Position numbers and translations under genes: made by a program. Below are positions 31,636 through 42,390 of a stretch of DNA of 64,000 bases, piece after piece. The notes below the pieces were generated by a model. That model did not search any database. It saw nothing but the letters and a program-made list of their open reading frames with translations, and was not told where the DNA came from. The stretch is taken from NCBI RefSeq assembly GCF_010692325.1, contig NZ_JAAHHW010000027.1, forward strand, positions 2,640-66,639, given 5' to 3'. Source of the stretch: Moorena sp. SIO3I8 (GTDB lineage: Bacteria; Cyanobacteriota; Cyanobacteriia; Cyanobacteriales; Coleofasciculaceae). The first letter of the stretch is position 1, and every line of letters starts with the position of its first letter.

Positions 31636-31883
31636 AGAAACTTTATTACTGCTTTCAATGCAGTTAGCCCTGATCCACCATTCATTTTATCAGTACTCAG
31701 GGTAGAGATAGGGTTGGGTGAAGGTGGATGAAGTGAGGGAGATAAGAACCACCAGACTTCTTGACTGGTATTTCCCTATCTCCTCCCATCATCATCGCTG
31801 TAAGCACTTAATCTTCCTTAGATTTCCTATTATTTTGCTGCACTCAGAGCCATTGAGTTAGCTTCCCAACCTACTCCAACCCC

Positions 31884-32231
31884 CTAGAGGGCTGTAGCAA
31901 AAGCCTCATGGCTCTCAAAAATCTCAAACACCCCATCTAATTTAGTGAGCTCCAGCATAATGCGAATTGAAGGAGCTACGGAGCAAAGACCAAAGCGCCT
32001 CTCTAGACTTCTTGCTAGCTTCAGGGCATGAATTAAGGCCATTAAGCCAGCACTGTCGAGAGACTCTAACTTATGCATATCAACCAACAAAGCCGAATCC
32101 TCAGCAGCCACCACAGCTTCTGTCAACTGACTTTTAAACTCAATTGCATTAGAAGCGTTAATATGACCGGAAGGTTGAATAATTCTTAATTTTGCACTCA
32201 GGGTCGCCTGTGTCATGAGCAGAATCCTCAC
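31884..32231 (-). CDS. STAS-domain anti-sigma-factor antagonist (SpoIIAA-like)
   Basis: 115 aa; the region LESLDSAGLMALIHAL around the conserved phosphorylatable Ser. Confidence 0.8.
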   Translation of the reverse strand: MRILLMTQATLSAKLRIIQPSGHINASNAIEFKSQLTEAVVAAEDSALLVDMHKLESLDSAGLMALIHALKLARSLERRFGLCSVAPSIRIMLELTKLDGVFEIFESHEAFATAL

Positions 32232-32640
32232 TTGGTCAAATCCAATAAAATTTTCTAGAGAATATATTGAAGATAGTATGGAATTTTGCTAATTCCATAC
32301 CACTTCTGAGATACTTTGCCGAATCTTTACAGATGGCTAATGGTTTTTGAAATCTTCATAAAACTTACCATCAACAAAATGTATCATATATTACTTTTTT
32401 CAAGTTAAGTAATTTATTTATTTTTCATTTCCGATGGTCTAAGTCGCTAAGAGCATCGCTCAGTTCATGCCTATAAGTAGGGATTAAATTTTAATAATTT
32501 TTGTTACATTCACTAAATAGAGCTGCCCTGACATAGAAATATAAGACTTTTTTTATAGGCTTGAGCCAAATGTTTAGCTTTAGATAAGTATAACGTTAAC
32601 TAGGGTGTAGAGGCAAGTAGTACTAAGCAGTATGTCCTTA

Positions 32641-32725
32641 TAACTGCCTTAGGTGCGCGCCTCCAAGGGCGAGTAAATCGCCCTTGGGTCGCACCTTTGG
32701 GCAAAGCCGACGCTACGGGAACGGG
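32641..32725. repeat. Small palindromic repeat unit (ggtgcgcgcc...aagggcga-gtaaa-tcgccctt-gggtcgcacc...gggtcgcacc)
   Basis: 8-bp perfect hairpin flanked by direct gggtcgcacct copies, inside a 716-bp ORF-free AT-rich region. Confidence 0.5.
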
Positions 32726-33382
32726 TCGCACCTAAACTTCAATACCTCTAACCCTTGAAACGGCATAGCTTCTTACGTTCAGGTTAAGCTTTATGAGTTA
32801 AGTCCAAAAGGCTTATAATATGTATTTAAGAGAGTACCAATCCACCTTATCAGTGATTTAGATCACATACCAATAAGATAAAGATCACTATAGTGGCTAG
32901 TAACTTCAGAAGACAATAAATTTATATGGAATTTTGGGTAAGTAATTGTGAAAACTACCTTTGTTATTCGTCAACTAGTAGAAAAAGCCCTCTATATTAG
33001 GCAGTTGACTCCTGATATAGAGAATGCAATTAACTACGAACTAACTCAAACGGGTTACATCTCTGATGTGGATTACGAAGCACTGGAATTATTAATGTCT
33101 GAGATGGATGCTGGTCGTGTACAGCTAGTTCCGAGTCACTAGAAAAAGTGGTTATAAACTAAGGCTAGACCAGCTCGGAGGCTTGGTAACTACTCCATGA
33201 CTTTTAGCCATGACTTTTAGCCATGACTTTCAGGGTTGGGGCAAGCTCTGACAGCTACATGTGGCAAAACCCCTACAACTTTAGTTTACTCTCCTAAGGG
33301 GTCTGACTTGCTACTGCTTGAGTCGTGATCAGATCACCATTGAGTTGGCAAAGTCCTATTACCGATTAACCATTAACAAAAC

Positions 33383-33778
33383 TTAAAACTTGTCTGGATA
33401 AGCTTGCCAAACTGCACAGATAAAATAACTTAGTTGCTGGCGAGCATCAGGGTCACTTTCTACATTGACATCAGGGTCATCTAACCGAACCAAGAGGGGA
33501 ATTACTTCAGTGTCTAAGGCTAGTCGTAATAAACTCGCTGGCCAAAGTAAATCCGGTCCAGAGCGTAGGTCGTAAAGAGTAAGCTGTTCAGGGGGTTCCA
33601 CTGGCACAGGCTCTTGACTATGCAAGGTGACCAATATCATAGAACGCACCCAACACATTTGTCGCGATGACACAAATTCGATAACTTCAGCGTATAAACG
33701 AGTATTGTCATGCTCTAAGCAAATAATCTGATGAGGCTGGAACTCGTAAACCAAACTCCTTGATACGTCTTTATTCAC
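33383..33778 (-). CDS. Hypothetical protein
   Basis: 131-aa ORF with no recognisable motifs. Confidence 0.4.
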   Translation of the reverse strand: MNKDVSRSLVYEFQPHQIICLEHDNTRLYAEVIEFVSSRQMCWVRSMILVTLHSQEPVPVEPPEQLTLYDLRSGPDLLWPASLLRLALDTEVIPLLVRLDDPDVNVESDPDARQQLSYFICAVWQAYPDKF

Positions 33779-34060
33779 CAGGCATCAATTCCTAAATTGA
33801 GTCATTGCGATATAATACACTGTTCATATTACCAGTTTGGTTAACGGTGCTATTAGACCCAGATTTGGCATGACTGCAAGTCAGAGGCTGTCTCACGTAA
33901 GAAACAAAGGTTTCGTCTCCGGGATGAAGCGGCATAGCAGTTTTAACCCCAGTAAAGTATAATAGATATAGGTTGAAATTGGCCAAGGCACTCTTAGCTC
34001 TGGAGAAAACGGCTAGGCCAGTAGGTTAGTATCGGCGAGTGATACGTAAATCGGAGCAAT

Positions 34061-34140
34061 GTTGAAGAATCAAGAATCAAGAATCAAGAATTCAGAAATA
34101 CCAATTCTCAATTCTCAATTCTCAATTCTTAATTCTCAAT
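34061..34140. repeat. STRR-type heptamer repeats (gaatcaa x3, then aattctc x5)
   Basis: Read directly in the sequence. Confidence 0.8.
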
Positions 34141-34345
34141 GGGGTCGTCCGGGAATTGACTCGGTTGTAGAAGCTACGGGTTTCCGTAGAGTAAGCAGAC
34201 CTAGAGGTTCAGCCCTTAACCCTTAGGCTCAATTAATTGGGAGTCTAAGGGCGTTAGTTAGCTAGGGGTACTGAAAACCAACGCGCCTGTTGCCTGGGCG
34301 AAAGCCCCCGTGCTATGCCTGGCGGCAGGCTACGCCAACAGCCCG
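34141..34345 (+). ncRNA. Candidate structured RNA or 5' leader upstream of the 34425 ORF
   Basis: A GC-rich island with several perfect hairpins (ctacgg-gttt-ccgtag; gggc-gaaa-gccc GNRA loop nested in a 10-bp stem gcctgttgcc/ggcggcaggc) within otherwise AT-rich DNA. The strand is uncertain. Confidence 0.25.
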
Positions 34346-34424
34346 GGGTAAGCTTACTGCTCATCTTTGCTATGATGTATTAATTCAAATCGGTCTCAAT
34401 AGATTGAATAGCATAGCATAGATT

Positions 34425-34769
34425 ATGAAAGTCCAAGTATCCGTCGTCTTTACCAATCCCGTGGATTTCGTTAATTTTTCTCATCAGGCACTGCCTCGAT
34501 TTTGCGTGGATCTACCTTTTAAACCTCGCGCTATCCCAGTTGAAGAACTGTTGCCCAACATCCCTATGATTAATAGCAATTTAGACGATTGGACAACAGA
34601 CCTGCCCTTCGAGCAAATAGAATACAAGGAAGAAGGAGCAGAGGAATATGCCAAAATGGTAGTAGTAGTGGGAATCCCACAGGATGATATGCCCTTGTTT
34701 GAAGATGTAGTTAAGTCCTATGGGGGAAAGGTTATGCCATCAGAGGGGTTGGATGTAATGGACATGTAG
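34425..34769 (+). CDS. Hypothetical protein
   Basis: 114-aa ORF preceded by a long structured leader. Confidence 0.45.
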   Translation: MKVQVSVVFTNPVDFVNFSHQALPRFCVDLPFKPRAIPVEELLPNIPMINSNLDDWTTDLPFEQIEYKEEGAEEYAKMVVVVGIPQDDMPLFEDVVKSYGGKVMPSEGLDVMDM

Positions 34770-34911
34770 TGGACATGTAGTTTACACCCCATGTTTTACC
34801 CATAACCTGGCTTATAGGTCATAGAAATTCCTTGTTAATCTTGATCGAAAATTTAAGACTATCACAAAATATGTTTGAAGGAAAAATAGTCTGGAATACA
34901 CAAGGAATTAA

Positions 34912-36105
34912 ATGACGTCTGAGCAGGATAAACCTGAGGTGGCTAAAATCCTCGAACCATTTAAACCCGCATTGGCTGAGCATCTGAGCAACCCTGATGT
35001 TGTGTTAGACGAGGTACTGGCATGGACTGGCTCTCAGCCTTTTTTGACTCAGAAGCTTTGTCAAGTTATCCTTGACTCTAAATCTCCCATCCCTGTTGGT
35101 GAGGAAGCTCTCAAAGTCGAAGAACTCGTCAAAACTCACTTCGTTGAAAATTGGGAAACTCAGGAAGCCGCTGAACTTCTGCAAGATATTCGTAGTTTCT
35201 TGCTCGAAGAACAATTCCTGCGGCTGTATCAGAAGATTTTGCAAGGAGTCATGATCGCAAATGACAGTTGGGAACAAAAAGTGTTGCTCAACTCCGGTGT
35301 GGTGATTAACCAGGGGGGAAATTTAAAAGTTTCTAACCGTATTTATGAGGCTGTTTTTAATCCCAGCTGGGTAGCTCAAGAGTTAGCACAGTTGACCAGT
35401 ACAGACTTTTGGCTGGCATCTGAGCTGACCACAGACGCTACTGATGAAGCCATCGCCATGGCTTTTCCTAACCTACCAATTACCCCAGTTACTCAAGACC
35501 AAGATCTAACAACTGACGATCCCAAACACCGAGATCCAACAACTGACGATTCCAAACACCAAGATCTAACAACTGACGATCCCAACCGATTAACTGTAGT
35601 ACCTTTTGAGCCAGACCAAGCCACAACCTTGTCTACCCCATCAGCTAGCAGAATCCCATCACCTATTAGTTTTTGGGGTGGCTTGATCGCCTTGTTTCTA
35701 GTCATTACCTTTGGTGTATTTCAGTGTACTAGTTCTAGAAGAGCAGACGATCAACTAAAAAACCTTGCTTCTGAGGACATATGCAGACGCCAATTGACTA
35801 CCAGAAAAGAACAAATAGAGCAACTTAGAAAGATCAAGAGTCAAAATAATGCTTTTCCCCAGCTATGTCAGTCAATGTTATATCAATTGCAGTTTTCTTA
35901 TGCTATAGAAGAGCTCGCTAGTCAAGGTGAATTCAAGCAAGCTACTATAAATCTTTGTCAAGTATCACAGCGTTACTACCAGTTTAGACAAAAATCTCTT
36001 CCACGTTTTTTCCGTCGATGGGGTCGGAATAATGAGAATTATGCTAATTGGTTGAAAAACTATCTAATAAAATATGATTGTCCCGCTTCTAAATATTTGG
36101 GCTAA
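34912..36105 (+). CDS. Hypothetical membrane-anchored protein with internal 10-aa tandem repeats (TTDDPKHRDL x3)
   Basis: 397 aa. Three tandem 30-nt repeats at ~35500-35590 and one predicted TM helix (FWGGLIALFLVITFGVF). Confidence 0.5.
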   Translation: MTSEQDKPEVAKILEPFKPALAEHLSNPDVVLDEVLAWTGSQPFLTQKLCQVILDSKSPIPVGEEALKVEELVKTHFVENWETQEAAELLQDIRSFLLEEQFLRLYQKILQGVMIANDSWEQKVLLNSGVVINQGGNLKVSNRIYEAVFNPSWVAQELAQLTSTDFWLASELTTDATDEAIAMAFPNLPITPVTQDQDLTTDDPKHRDPTTDDSKHQDLTTDDPNRLTVVPFEPDQATTLSTPSASRIPSPISFWGGLIALFLVITFGVFQCTSSRRADDQLKNLASEDICRRQLTTRKEQIEQLRKIKSQNNAFPQLCQSMLYQLQFSYAIEELASQGEFKQATINLCQVSQRYYQFRQKSLPRFFRRWGRNNENYANWLKNYLIKYDCPASKYLG

Positions 36106-36291
36106 TCAATTGTTAAATTGTTAAATCATTAGTTGTGCTAACAGGAAACAGGCAACAGGAAATTTATGGATTTTTAGCAAACAGTTAACTAACTAATTAA
36201 TCTAACTTAATAGACTAGTTGTAATCAAGATAACTTTCTTTTATTTCCTACTTTTCAAGACTTAGCTATTTACTTACTGATAATCCAGAGT

Positions 36292-37908
36292 CTAAGGATT
36301 AAAAAAAACTCCATCGCTACCACTGATTTCTTCTTCCAAAGATACCCTAATCCCTCGACGAGCAATTTCAAAAATAGTTAATATAAATTCTCCCAATTGA
36401 AAATATTGGGTTTGACGGAATTGTTGTCTATGGCGTTGTTTGCCACTAATCCGCTCATTGATCTGGCTTGCATAATATAAAATTAGGCTAACTAATAGCC
36501 AACCTACTAAACTCAAGAGAGCTGTTACAATGATAATAATCAGCCAGCCTAAGAACTGACACAACACTTGTAATAATGGATCGTCATATACATCAAGTTC
36601 TGAGTACAACAGAGAACTATTGCTACTAAAGATTCCTAAGGCAATCGTTCCCCAAAATCCACAGAAAAGGTGAACAGGAACCGAACCAACGGGGTCATCA
36701 ATTTTCCAAACTTGTAGAAAATATTCGCCTAAAAGGACAAAAATACCGCTGATTGAGCCAATTATAAATGCACTTCTGATATCGACAAAAGCAGCTGAAG
36801 CTGTAATTCCCACCAACCCACCTAAAATGCCATTGATAATTGAGGCTAGACTAGGTTTTCCCAGGATAATTGGACTAAAAAATACGCTAGATATTCCACC
36901 AGCTGCTGCTGCCATCATGGTAGTTGTGATGGTATTGGCTACATAATCGAGATCCTTTGCTGATCCACCATTAAAACCAAACCAGCCCAGCCAAAGAATT
37001 AAGCAGCCTAAGGTTGCTAAACCCAGATTATCGGCAGAGAACTTTTCAGTTTCGAGACCTTCATATCTATCTGTTCTTAAATTGTAGCCAAAACGACCTT
37101 GTCGTGGCTTTAGTAGCCAAGCCCCTACCAAGCCAGCCATACCACCAACACTATGGACTACAGTTGAACCGGCAAAATCATGAAATTTTAGCGCCTTGGT
37201 TAGCCAACCATAGTGCCCCCAAACCCAGTGACCGGTTAGGGGATAGATAAAACCAACCAGGAAAAAACTAAATAGCAGAAATGCCCAGAATTTTACCCGT
37301 TCAGCCACAGCTCCTGAAACAATAGTGGCTGCAGTTCCAGCAAAGACTAACTGAAATAAAAATAGAGCGGAAAAGGAGTGATTAGACCAATCTTGATTGA
37401 GACAATTAAATCCTGATTCTGGAAAACCCAGATTTCCAAATTGGGGAAAGGGAAGATTAAAAAATAACCCCTTTTGACCCACTAAACTTAAACTAGTATT
37501 TTCTCCTGGAACACAACTGTAAGTGATGCCATCACCAAACATTAAGCCAAAGCCAAGTAGCCAAAATGCTAAGGCTGATATACAGAAAACTATCAAATTT
37601 TTAGCCAAGACATTAGTCGCATTTCTCCGTCTACATAAGCCAGCTTCTAACATGGCAAAGCCAGCATTCATAAAAAAGACTAGAAAAGATGAAACTAACA
37701 ACCAGATAGTAGACAGGTTAGTGAAATTATTCGTGTTACTATCTTGTGCTGCTGCTACACCAACCCATCCCAGTAGGATGGTAATAGCCAAAGATAGGCA
37801 GAAGTACCAACGGCTGGGTACCGAGCTGATTTGGTGTTTTAATCTCTTGTACTTATGTCGAGACATCAAAGCAAGCTTTCTAGTTTTACAATCGCAGTGT
37901 ATATCCAA
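36292..37908 (-). CDS. amt: Ammonium transporter (Amt/MEP/Rh family)
   Basis: FAMLEAGLCRRRNATNVLAKNL...WLLGFGLMFG Amt signature. The start may instead be the internal Met at 37866 (MSRHKYKRLK...). Confidence 0.88.
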   Translation of the reverse strand: MDIHCDCKTRKLALMSRHKYKRLKHQISSVPSRWYFCLSLAITILLGWVGVAAAQDSNTNNFTNLSTIWLLVSSFLVFFMNAGFAMLEAGLCRRRNATNVLAKNLIVFCISALAFWLLGFGLMFGDGITYSCVPGENTSLSLVGQKGLFFNLPFPQFGNLGFPESGFNCLNQDWSNHSFSALFLFQLVFAGTAATIVSGAVAERVKFWAFLLFSFFLVGFIYPLTGHWVWGHYGWLTKALKFHDFAGSTVVHSVGGMAGLVGAWLLKPRQGRFGYNLRTDRYEGLETEKFSADNLGLATLGCLILWLGWFGFNGGSAKDLDYVANTITTTMMAAAAGGISSVFFSPIILGKPSLASIINGILGGLVGITASAAFVDIRSAFIIGSISGIFVLLGEYFLQVWKIDDPVGSVPVHLFCGFWGTIALGIFSSNSSLLYSELDVYDDPLLQVLCQFLGWLIIIIVTALLSLVGWLLVSLILYYASQINERISGKQRHRQQFRQTQYFQLGEFILTIFEIARRGIRVSLEEEISGSDGVFFNP

Positions 37909-38013
37909 CTGGTAAGTAGGTGGACACTACTAAATAACACTTTCAATAACACTGTATGATGTTTCGTTACATAATTAACTGCTTACATCCAAGCCTTATA
38001 GAAGGACAGAGAT

Positions 38014-40071
38014 TTACGCGAACCTGTTCACAGCAGAAGCTGAGTCATCTTCTAGCTTTGATTTAAAAGCAAGCTGAGCCTCTGAGTTCGCTAGTTCTTG
38101 AAAATGAATAACTTCTTTACGGGGATCAGCATGACTGACTTTGACGTGTAAGCGATCGCCTAATTGAACCGAACGCTGGAAACGCATGGGCAATTCTAGA
38201 CCTAACTCTTCTAGGAGAATGTTGCCCTTATTCTCGTTTTCTCGCCACCAACTGAGTACTAATACTTGCCAAACCTGATCTGGGTTACGCCGTAAATATT
38301 CCAATCCCCAATATTTGTTGGTATCACGTTCTACTTCACTAGCATCCTTAGCTGTTCTGGTTACACTCTGCATCGTTTCGAGCAAATGTTCAGCTTCAAA
38401 GGGTAGGGGGTCACCCCGTAGATGAGCTTTGAGCTGGAAATGAGTCATTAAGTCAGTGTAGCGGCGGATCGGAGAGGTTACCTGGGTGTAAGTTTCCAAA
38501 GCCAAACTAGCGTGGCGTGTTGGGGTAATGCTCATTTCACTTCTAGGCATACACCGACGCATGGCACAGAACCGCACTGGACCCGCTGGCAATAGCAGCA
38601 GTTCTTCTTGGGAAGGAAGTTCTGGCTGGGGTTGTCCTCGGAATGGTAGCGGAATTTGGTGCGCTTGACCATAGCGTCCAGCCACTTCACCTGCCAGAAT
38701 CATCATTTCTGCCACCATTTGCCGTGATGGTGAATCTTCTAACACCTCAATGGTAATTTTGTCATCATTTCCCACCTTGATTACCGACTCTGGCATATGG
38801 ATGCTAATCGCCCCCTGAGACTTGCGCCACTTTTGCCGACGCACAGCCGAGTTAGCGATCGCAAACAGTTCTGTTTCTGCCTGTACCCCTAACTGCAACA
38901 TTTCATCTACATCTTCATAAGTCAGGCGATAGGTAGGTTTAATCAGGGTGGGGTGAATCTGATAGTCATAGATGGCACCATCTTCATCCAAGATCACGCC
39001 AAAACTGAGTGCCCCACAGACTTGACCTTGAACTAAACTCATCGGACCAGTGGCCAGTTCCGATGGGAACATGGGAATCATGCCCGTGGGTAGATATATG
39101 GTGGTACTACGCCGTCTTGCTTCTAGGTCAAGGTTATCCCCTGGCATTACCAAGCGGGTTGGGTCAGCGATGTGAATCCACAGACGCTGAGTGCCATCCT
39201 CTAGATCTTCTATACTCAACCCATCATCTATTTCTTGGGTACTTTCATCATCTATGGTGTAGAGTTTCAGATGAGTTAAATCCAAGCGATCTGAATCTGG
39301 GTCAGTAGGAGGATTTGCCAGGTATTGCTGGGTCAATTCGAGTACCTCACGACGAAATTGAGTTGGGATTTTATGACGCAGCAAGTACTTTTGGTGAGGA
39401 TGCCACAAACCCAGATTTACCAACAAATTGAAGGCATTTTCTGGGTTTTGATGGCGTTTTACTGCTTCCAGAGTTTCCTGAACTGCACGAGAGGGTTTAT
39501 CTGGTTCACTAACGAACCGTTCTAGAGCATCAAAGCGAGTGCGATCGCTATCAAGCCACTCTACTTCCTCACCCCCTAGCTTTTGTTGTACTCGCTTCAA
39601 AAATTCTTCTTGTTCCTGGTGCTTTGATTGAGCCGCTGCCAGTTGATGCTTGATTTCAGCCACCATGCTAGCGGAGCGGGGTTCATAGGTTTGTGCTTTT
39701 TGTTTAAAATAGATTTTGTCTTCAAAGAGAATACAGTGTGCCGCATAGCACTGGGGTGGACTTTGCTCAGAAAATAATAACTGTGCCATGTCAGCACAGG
39801 TAACCGCCTCTCCTTCTTCCACCAGTAATTCCCAGGCTAATTCTAAGCTATCTGGGTCTAGATAGGGTTGTACTCGAGCGAGAAACTCTGGTATTTCTGA
39901 TGGCTTATAAGTAGAATCTGCCACTGCGTAGGTGACTTGTCGAGGATGGAGCTTGTGCAGTTTCCCCCGTTGATCCAAAGCAATCAAGTGATTCTTGCCT
40001 TCTGGACGATCGACAACGGCGAGATGGCGTTCTCCTTGTAAGCGAAATTCGATTAGTGTTCCCTTTTCCAC
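38014..40071 (-). CDS. rnr: RNase II/RNase R family 3'-5' exoribonuclease (RNB domain plus C-terminal S1 domain)
   Basis: RNB motif I YTIDDESTQEIDDGLSIE. 685 aa, downstream of rpsR as in other cyanobacteria. Confidence 0.85.
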   Translation of the reverse strand: MEKGTLIEFRLQGERHLAVVDRPEGKNHLIALDQRGKLHKLHPRQVTYAVADSTYKPSEIPEFLARVQPYLDPDSLELAWELLVEEGEAVTCADMAQLLFSEQSPPQCYAAHCILFEDKIYFKQKAQTYEPRSASMVAEIKHQLAAAQSKHQEQEEFLKRVQQKLGGEEVEWLDSDRTRFDALERFVSEPDKPSRAVQETLEAVKRHQNPENAFNLLVNLGLWHPHQKYLLRHKIPTQFRREVLELTQQYLANPPTDPDSDRLDLTHLKLYTIDDESTQEIDDGLSIEDLEDGTQRLWIHIADPTRLVMPGDNLDLEARRRSTTIYLPTGMIPMFPSELATGPMSLVQGQVCGALSFGVILDEDGAIYDYQIHPTLIKPTYRLTYEDVDEMLQLGVQAETELFAIANSAVRRQKWRKSQGAISIHMPESVIKVGNDDKITIEVLEDSPSRQMVAEMMILAGEVAGRYGQAHQIPLPFRGQPQPELPSQEELLLLPAGPVRFCAMRRCMPRSEMSITPTRHASLALETYTQVTSPIRRYTDLMTHFQLKAHLRGDPLPFEAEHLLETMQSVTRTAKDASEVERDTNKYWGLEYLRRNPDQVWQVLVLSWWRENENKGNILLEELGLELPMRFQRSVQLGDRLHVKVSHADPRKEVIHFQELANSEAQLAFKSKLEDDSASAVNRFA

Positions 40072-40162
40072 CAGTTCTGATAACCCGGGTAGCGTTTACC
40101 AAATCCACCTGCCCCCAGTCTATCCTGTGTTGTTGAGATGCCCAACTCAGCAGAGGGGGTCA

Positions 40163-40224
40163 AGTCTAAAGTCTGAAGTCTGAAGTCTGAAGTTGTCAGT
40201 GGTCAGCGCTCAGTGGTCAGTGTA
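40163..40224. repeat. STRR heptamer repeat (aagtctg x4) followed by cagtggtcag repeats
   Basis: Read directly in the sequence. Confidence 0.8.
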
Positions 40225-40477
40225 ACTCCTGGTTGGGTCGCAAGTTTTTAGTTACCATCTCAGCCATGCAGAGCGCGAGTGGGGCAAATCACGGCAGTTA
40301 CTCATGGCTCATGGGCCATGAGTAACTGCCTCACCTTGAGGCCACTGCATCCCGCGCCTCAGCCATCGATCACCCGATTTCATCCTTCATTCTTCATCCT
40401 TCATCCTTCATCCTTCTTATTTGATATTTCATTCTTCACACGGGAAATATCCCAGAGGAAGACCGTGATTGTTCACC

Positions 40478-40693
40478 TTAACCTTCTTTATTAATATAGG
40501 GTAGCAAAGCCAAGAACCTTGCTCGCTTAATGGCTGTGGTTAGCTTTCGTTGCTGTTGAGTCGTTAGATTAGTAATGCGGCGGGGTAGGATTTTTCCCCG
40601 TTCAGTGATAAACTTGCGCAGCAACTCAACATCTTTATAGTCGATCGGTTCATCGGGTTTGATCGGAGAGAGACGTTTACGAAAGTAAGTCAT
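40478..40693 (-). CDS. rpsR: 30S ribosomal protein S18
   Basis: [50 protein letters not shown] signature. Confidence 0.93.
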   Translation of the reverse strand: MTYFRKRLSPIKPDEPIDYKDVELLRKFITERGKILPRRITNLTTQQQRKLTTAIKRARFLALLPYINKEG

Positions 40694-40818
40694 GATTGGT
40701 TATTGGTTATTTGGGTTACTGGTTACTGATTATAGTCATTTGTGCTTTGGTCTTTGTTCTTTGTCAATAGTCCATTTTGAATTAAAAAATTCAATTCACA
40801 AATGACCAAGGAGCAAAT

Positions 40819-41013
40819 CTACTTGATTTCTTTGTGAATTGTGTGCCTGTTGCAATTGGGGCAAAATTTCTTCAGTTCCAGACGTGATGTTGTGTTACGG
40901 CGATTCTTCCTAGTGGTATAGCGGGAAACACCAGCCGAACGCTTATTGGAGTTACTGCGACATTCCGTACATTCTAGAGTAATAACGATTCGGACACCTT
41001 TCTTACTTGCCAT
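40819..41013 (-). CDS. rpmG: 50S ribosomal protein L33
   Basis: [16 protein letters not shown]...[33 protein letters not shown] signature. Confidence 0.93.
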   Translation of the reverse strand: MASKKGVRIVITLECTECRSNSNKRSAGVSRYTTRKNRRNTTSRLELKKFCPNCNRHTIHKEIK

Positions 41014-41620
41014 AGTTTTTTTTCTAAGAACTCAAATATTACAATTAAACACAATTTACTATTATCTCATGGGATCCCCCAGTCTATCAAGTAGATGCAA
41101 AATTGCTCAAGTCTCGGGAAAAACCTCACCCCTTGTTGGCACCATCATCGTGCAGCGCAATCCAGTTACAAGGGGAGCCCACAGCAGTATACTTGATATG
41201 CCTTTAGATAGACCAATGTTGAAGCCAATCCGAAGCGCTTGCTTTGCAGCCAAGCCAACCATGCCCTAGGATTTTGTTAGAGTCAGTAACCGGTGCAAGG
41301 GTAAGGAATCTCACCTCGAGAATCAAGGTAACCGCGCACCCCACTACCCTAAACTCTGAGCCTGATTGGTGTATAATACCATGACTCCTGTAACTAGGCA
41401 GACCAACAGGAAGATAAGCATCACCGCACAGATGAAAGCCAAGAGGATTTGTTCTAAGCAGTGAGCTGACCAGCCTCAGTCTAGTTATGCTGGTAGTGCA
41501 GCCAATATGCCTGCACTAGGGTTCACAACTGAATTACAATTGCTATAGTGATTGTTGGGATTTTTGAAACCCTTGGACTTGGATTCACCTCGGATTTGAG
41601 ATAAGGGCTAATAATTCGGT

Positions 41621-42235
41621 ATGATAGACGGTTTAGCAAGATTCCGATACAGGACTATTACATATAGTTGCTGTGTAAGGCGCAGATTTGTTTCCAAATG
41701 CCTATTGATTCTTGTCGGCTTACTGAGCTGCTGGTATCTACTGGGAACACCATCAGCATTAGCAAGTTTCGATGATGACAGCTTTGATGGTAATATTTTT
41801 GCTCTGTATGCTGGTAATGGCTCTATAGTCCCACCACGAATTACCTTAGAAGATTCTTTGCGCAGGAAAAAGCCAGCTTTGTTGGTGTTCTACGTAGATG
41901 ACAGTAGGGATTGCAAGCTATATTCTGTGACTATCTCTAAGTTACAGGAGCCTTATGGTAGGGCAGCGAGTTTTATTCCAGTCAACATCGACACTTTGTT
42001 AGCCGATGCTACCTATACACCCACAGAAGCGGGATACTACTACCAAGATTTAATTCCCCAGACAGTACTGATTGACCAAAATGCAGAGGTAGTACTCAAC
42101 GAAATTGGACAAGTTCCTTATGAACAGATAGATGATGTGTTTCGGGAAGTGTTTAACTTACTACCCCGTTCAGAATCTGTAGAGTTAAAGCTGCGCACTG
42201 TCAATGATATTAATGCTCAGTTAACATCAGAGTGA
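41621..42235 (+). CDS. Hypothetical secreted/membrane protein, possibly with a thioredoxin-like fold and no CxxC
   Basis: 204 aa with an N-terminal hydrophobic segment. The start codon is uncertain. Confidence 0.45.
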   Translation: MIDGLARFRYRTITYSCCVRRRFVSKCLLILVGLLSCWYLLGTPSALASFDDDSFDGNIFALYAGNGSIVPPRITLEDSLRRKKPALLVFYVDDSRDCKLYSVTISKLQEPYGRAASFIPVNIDTLLADATYTPTEAGYYYQDLIPQTVLIDQNAEVVLNEIGQVPYEQIDDVFREVFNLLPRSESVELKLRTVNDINAQLTSE

Positions 42236-42390
42236 TTTAATTGGCTTAGTGCTTAGACCTCCATCCAATCAAACTCCCACAACTTGACATGAACAAAATT
42301 GTTTTAGTCATGAGTGAACTGCCATTGGCGTTTACCCTATTTTTTTGTCACGTTTACGGGTTAAGCTATTTGTAAGTACAGTTAACATCC

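Noticed and set aside
35005-35705. ORFs 35005..35277(-), 35072..35254(+) and 35493..35705(-)
   Set aside because: They are nested in or antisense to the 397-aa ORF. The 35493..35705 translation is repetitive because it mirrors the 30-nt tandem repeats.
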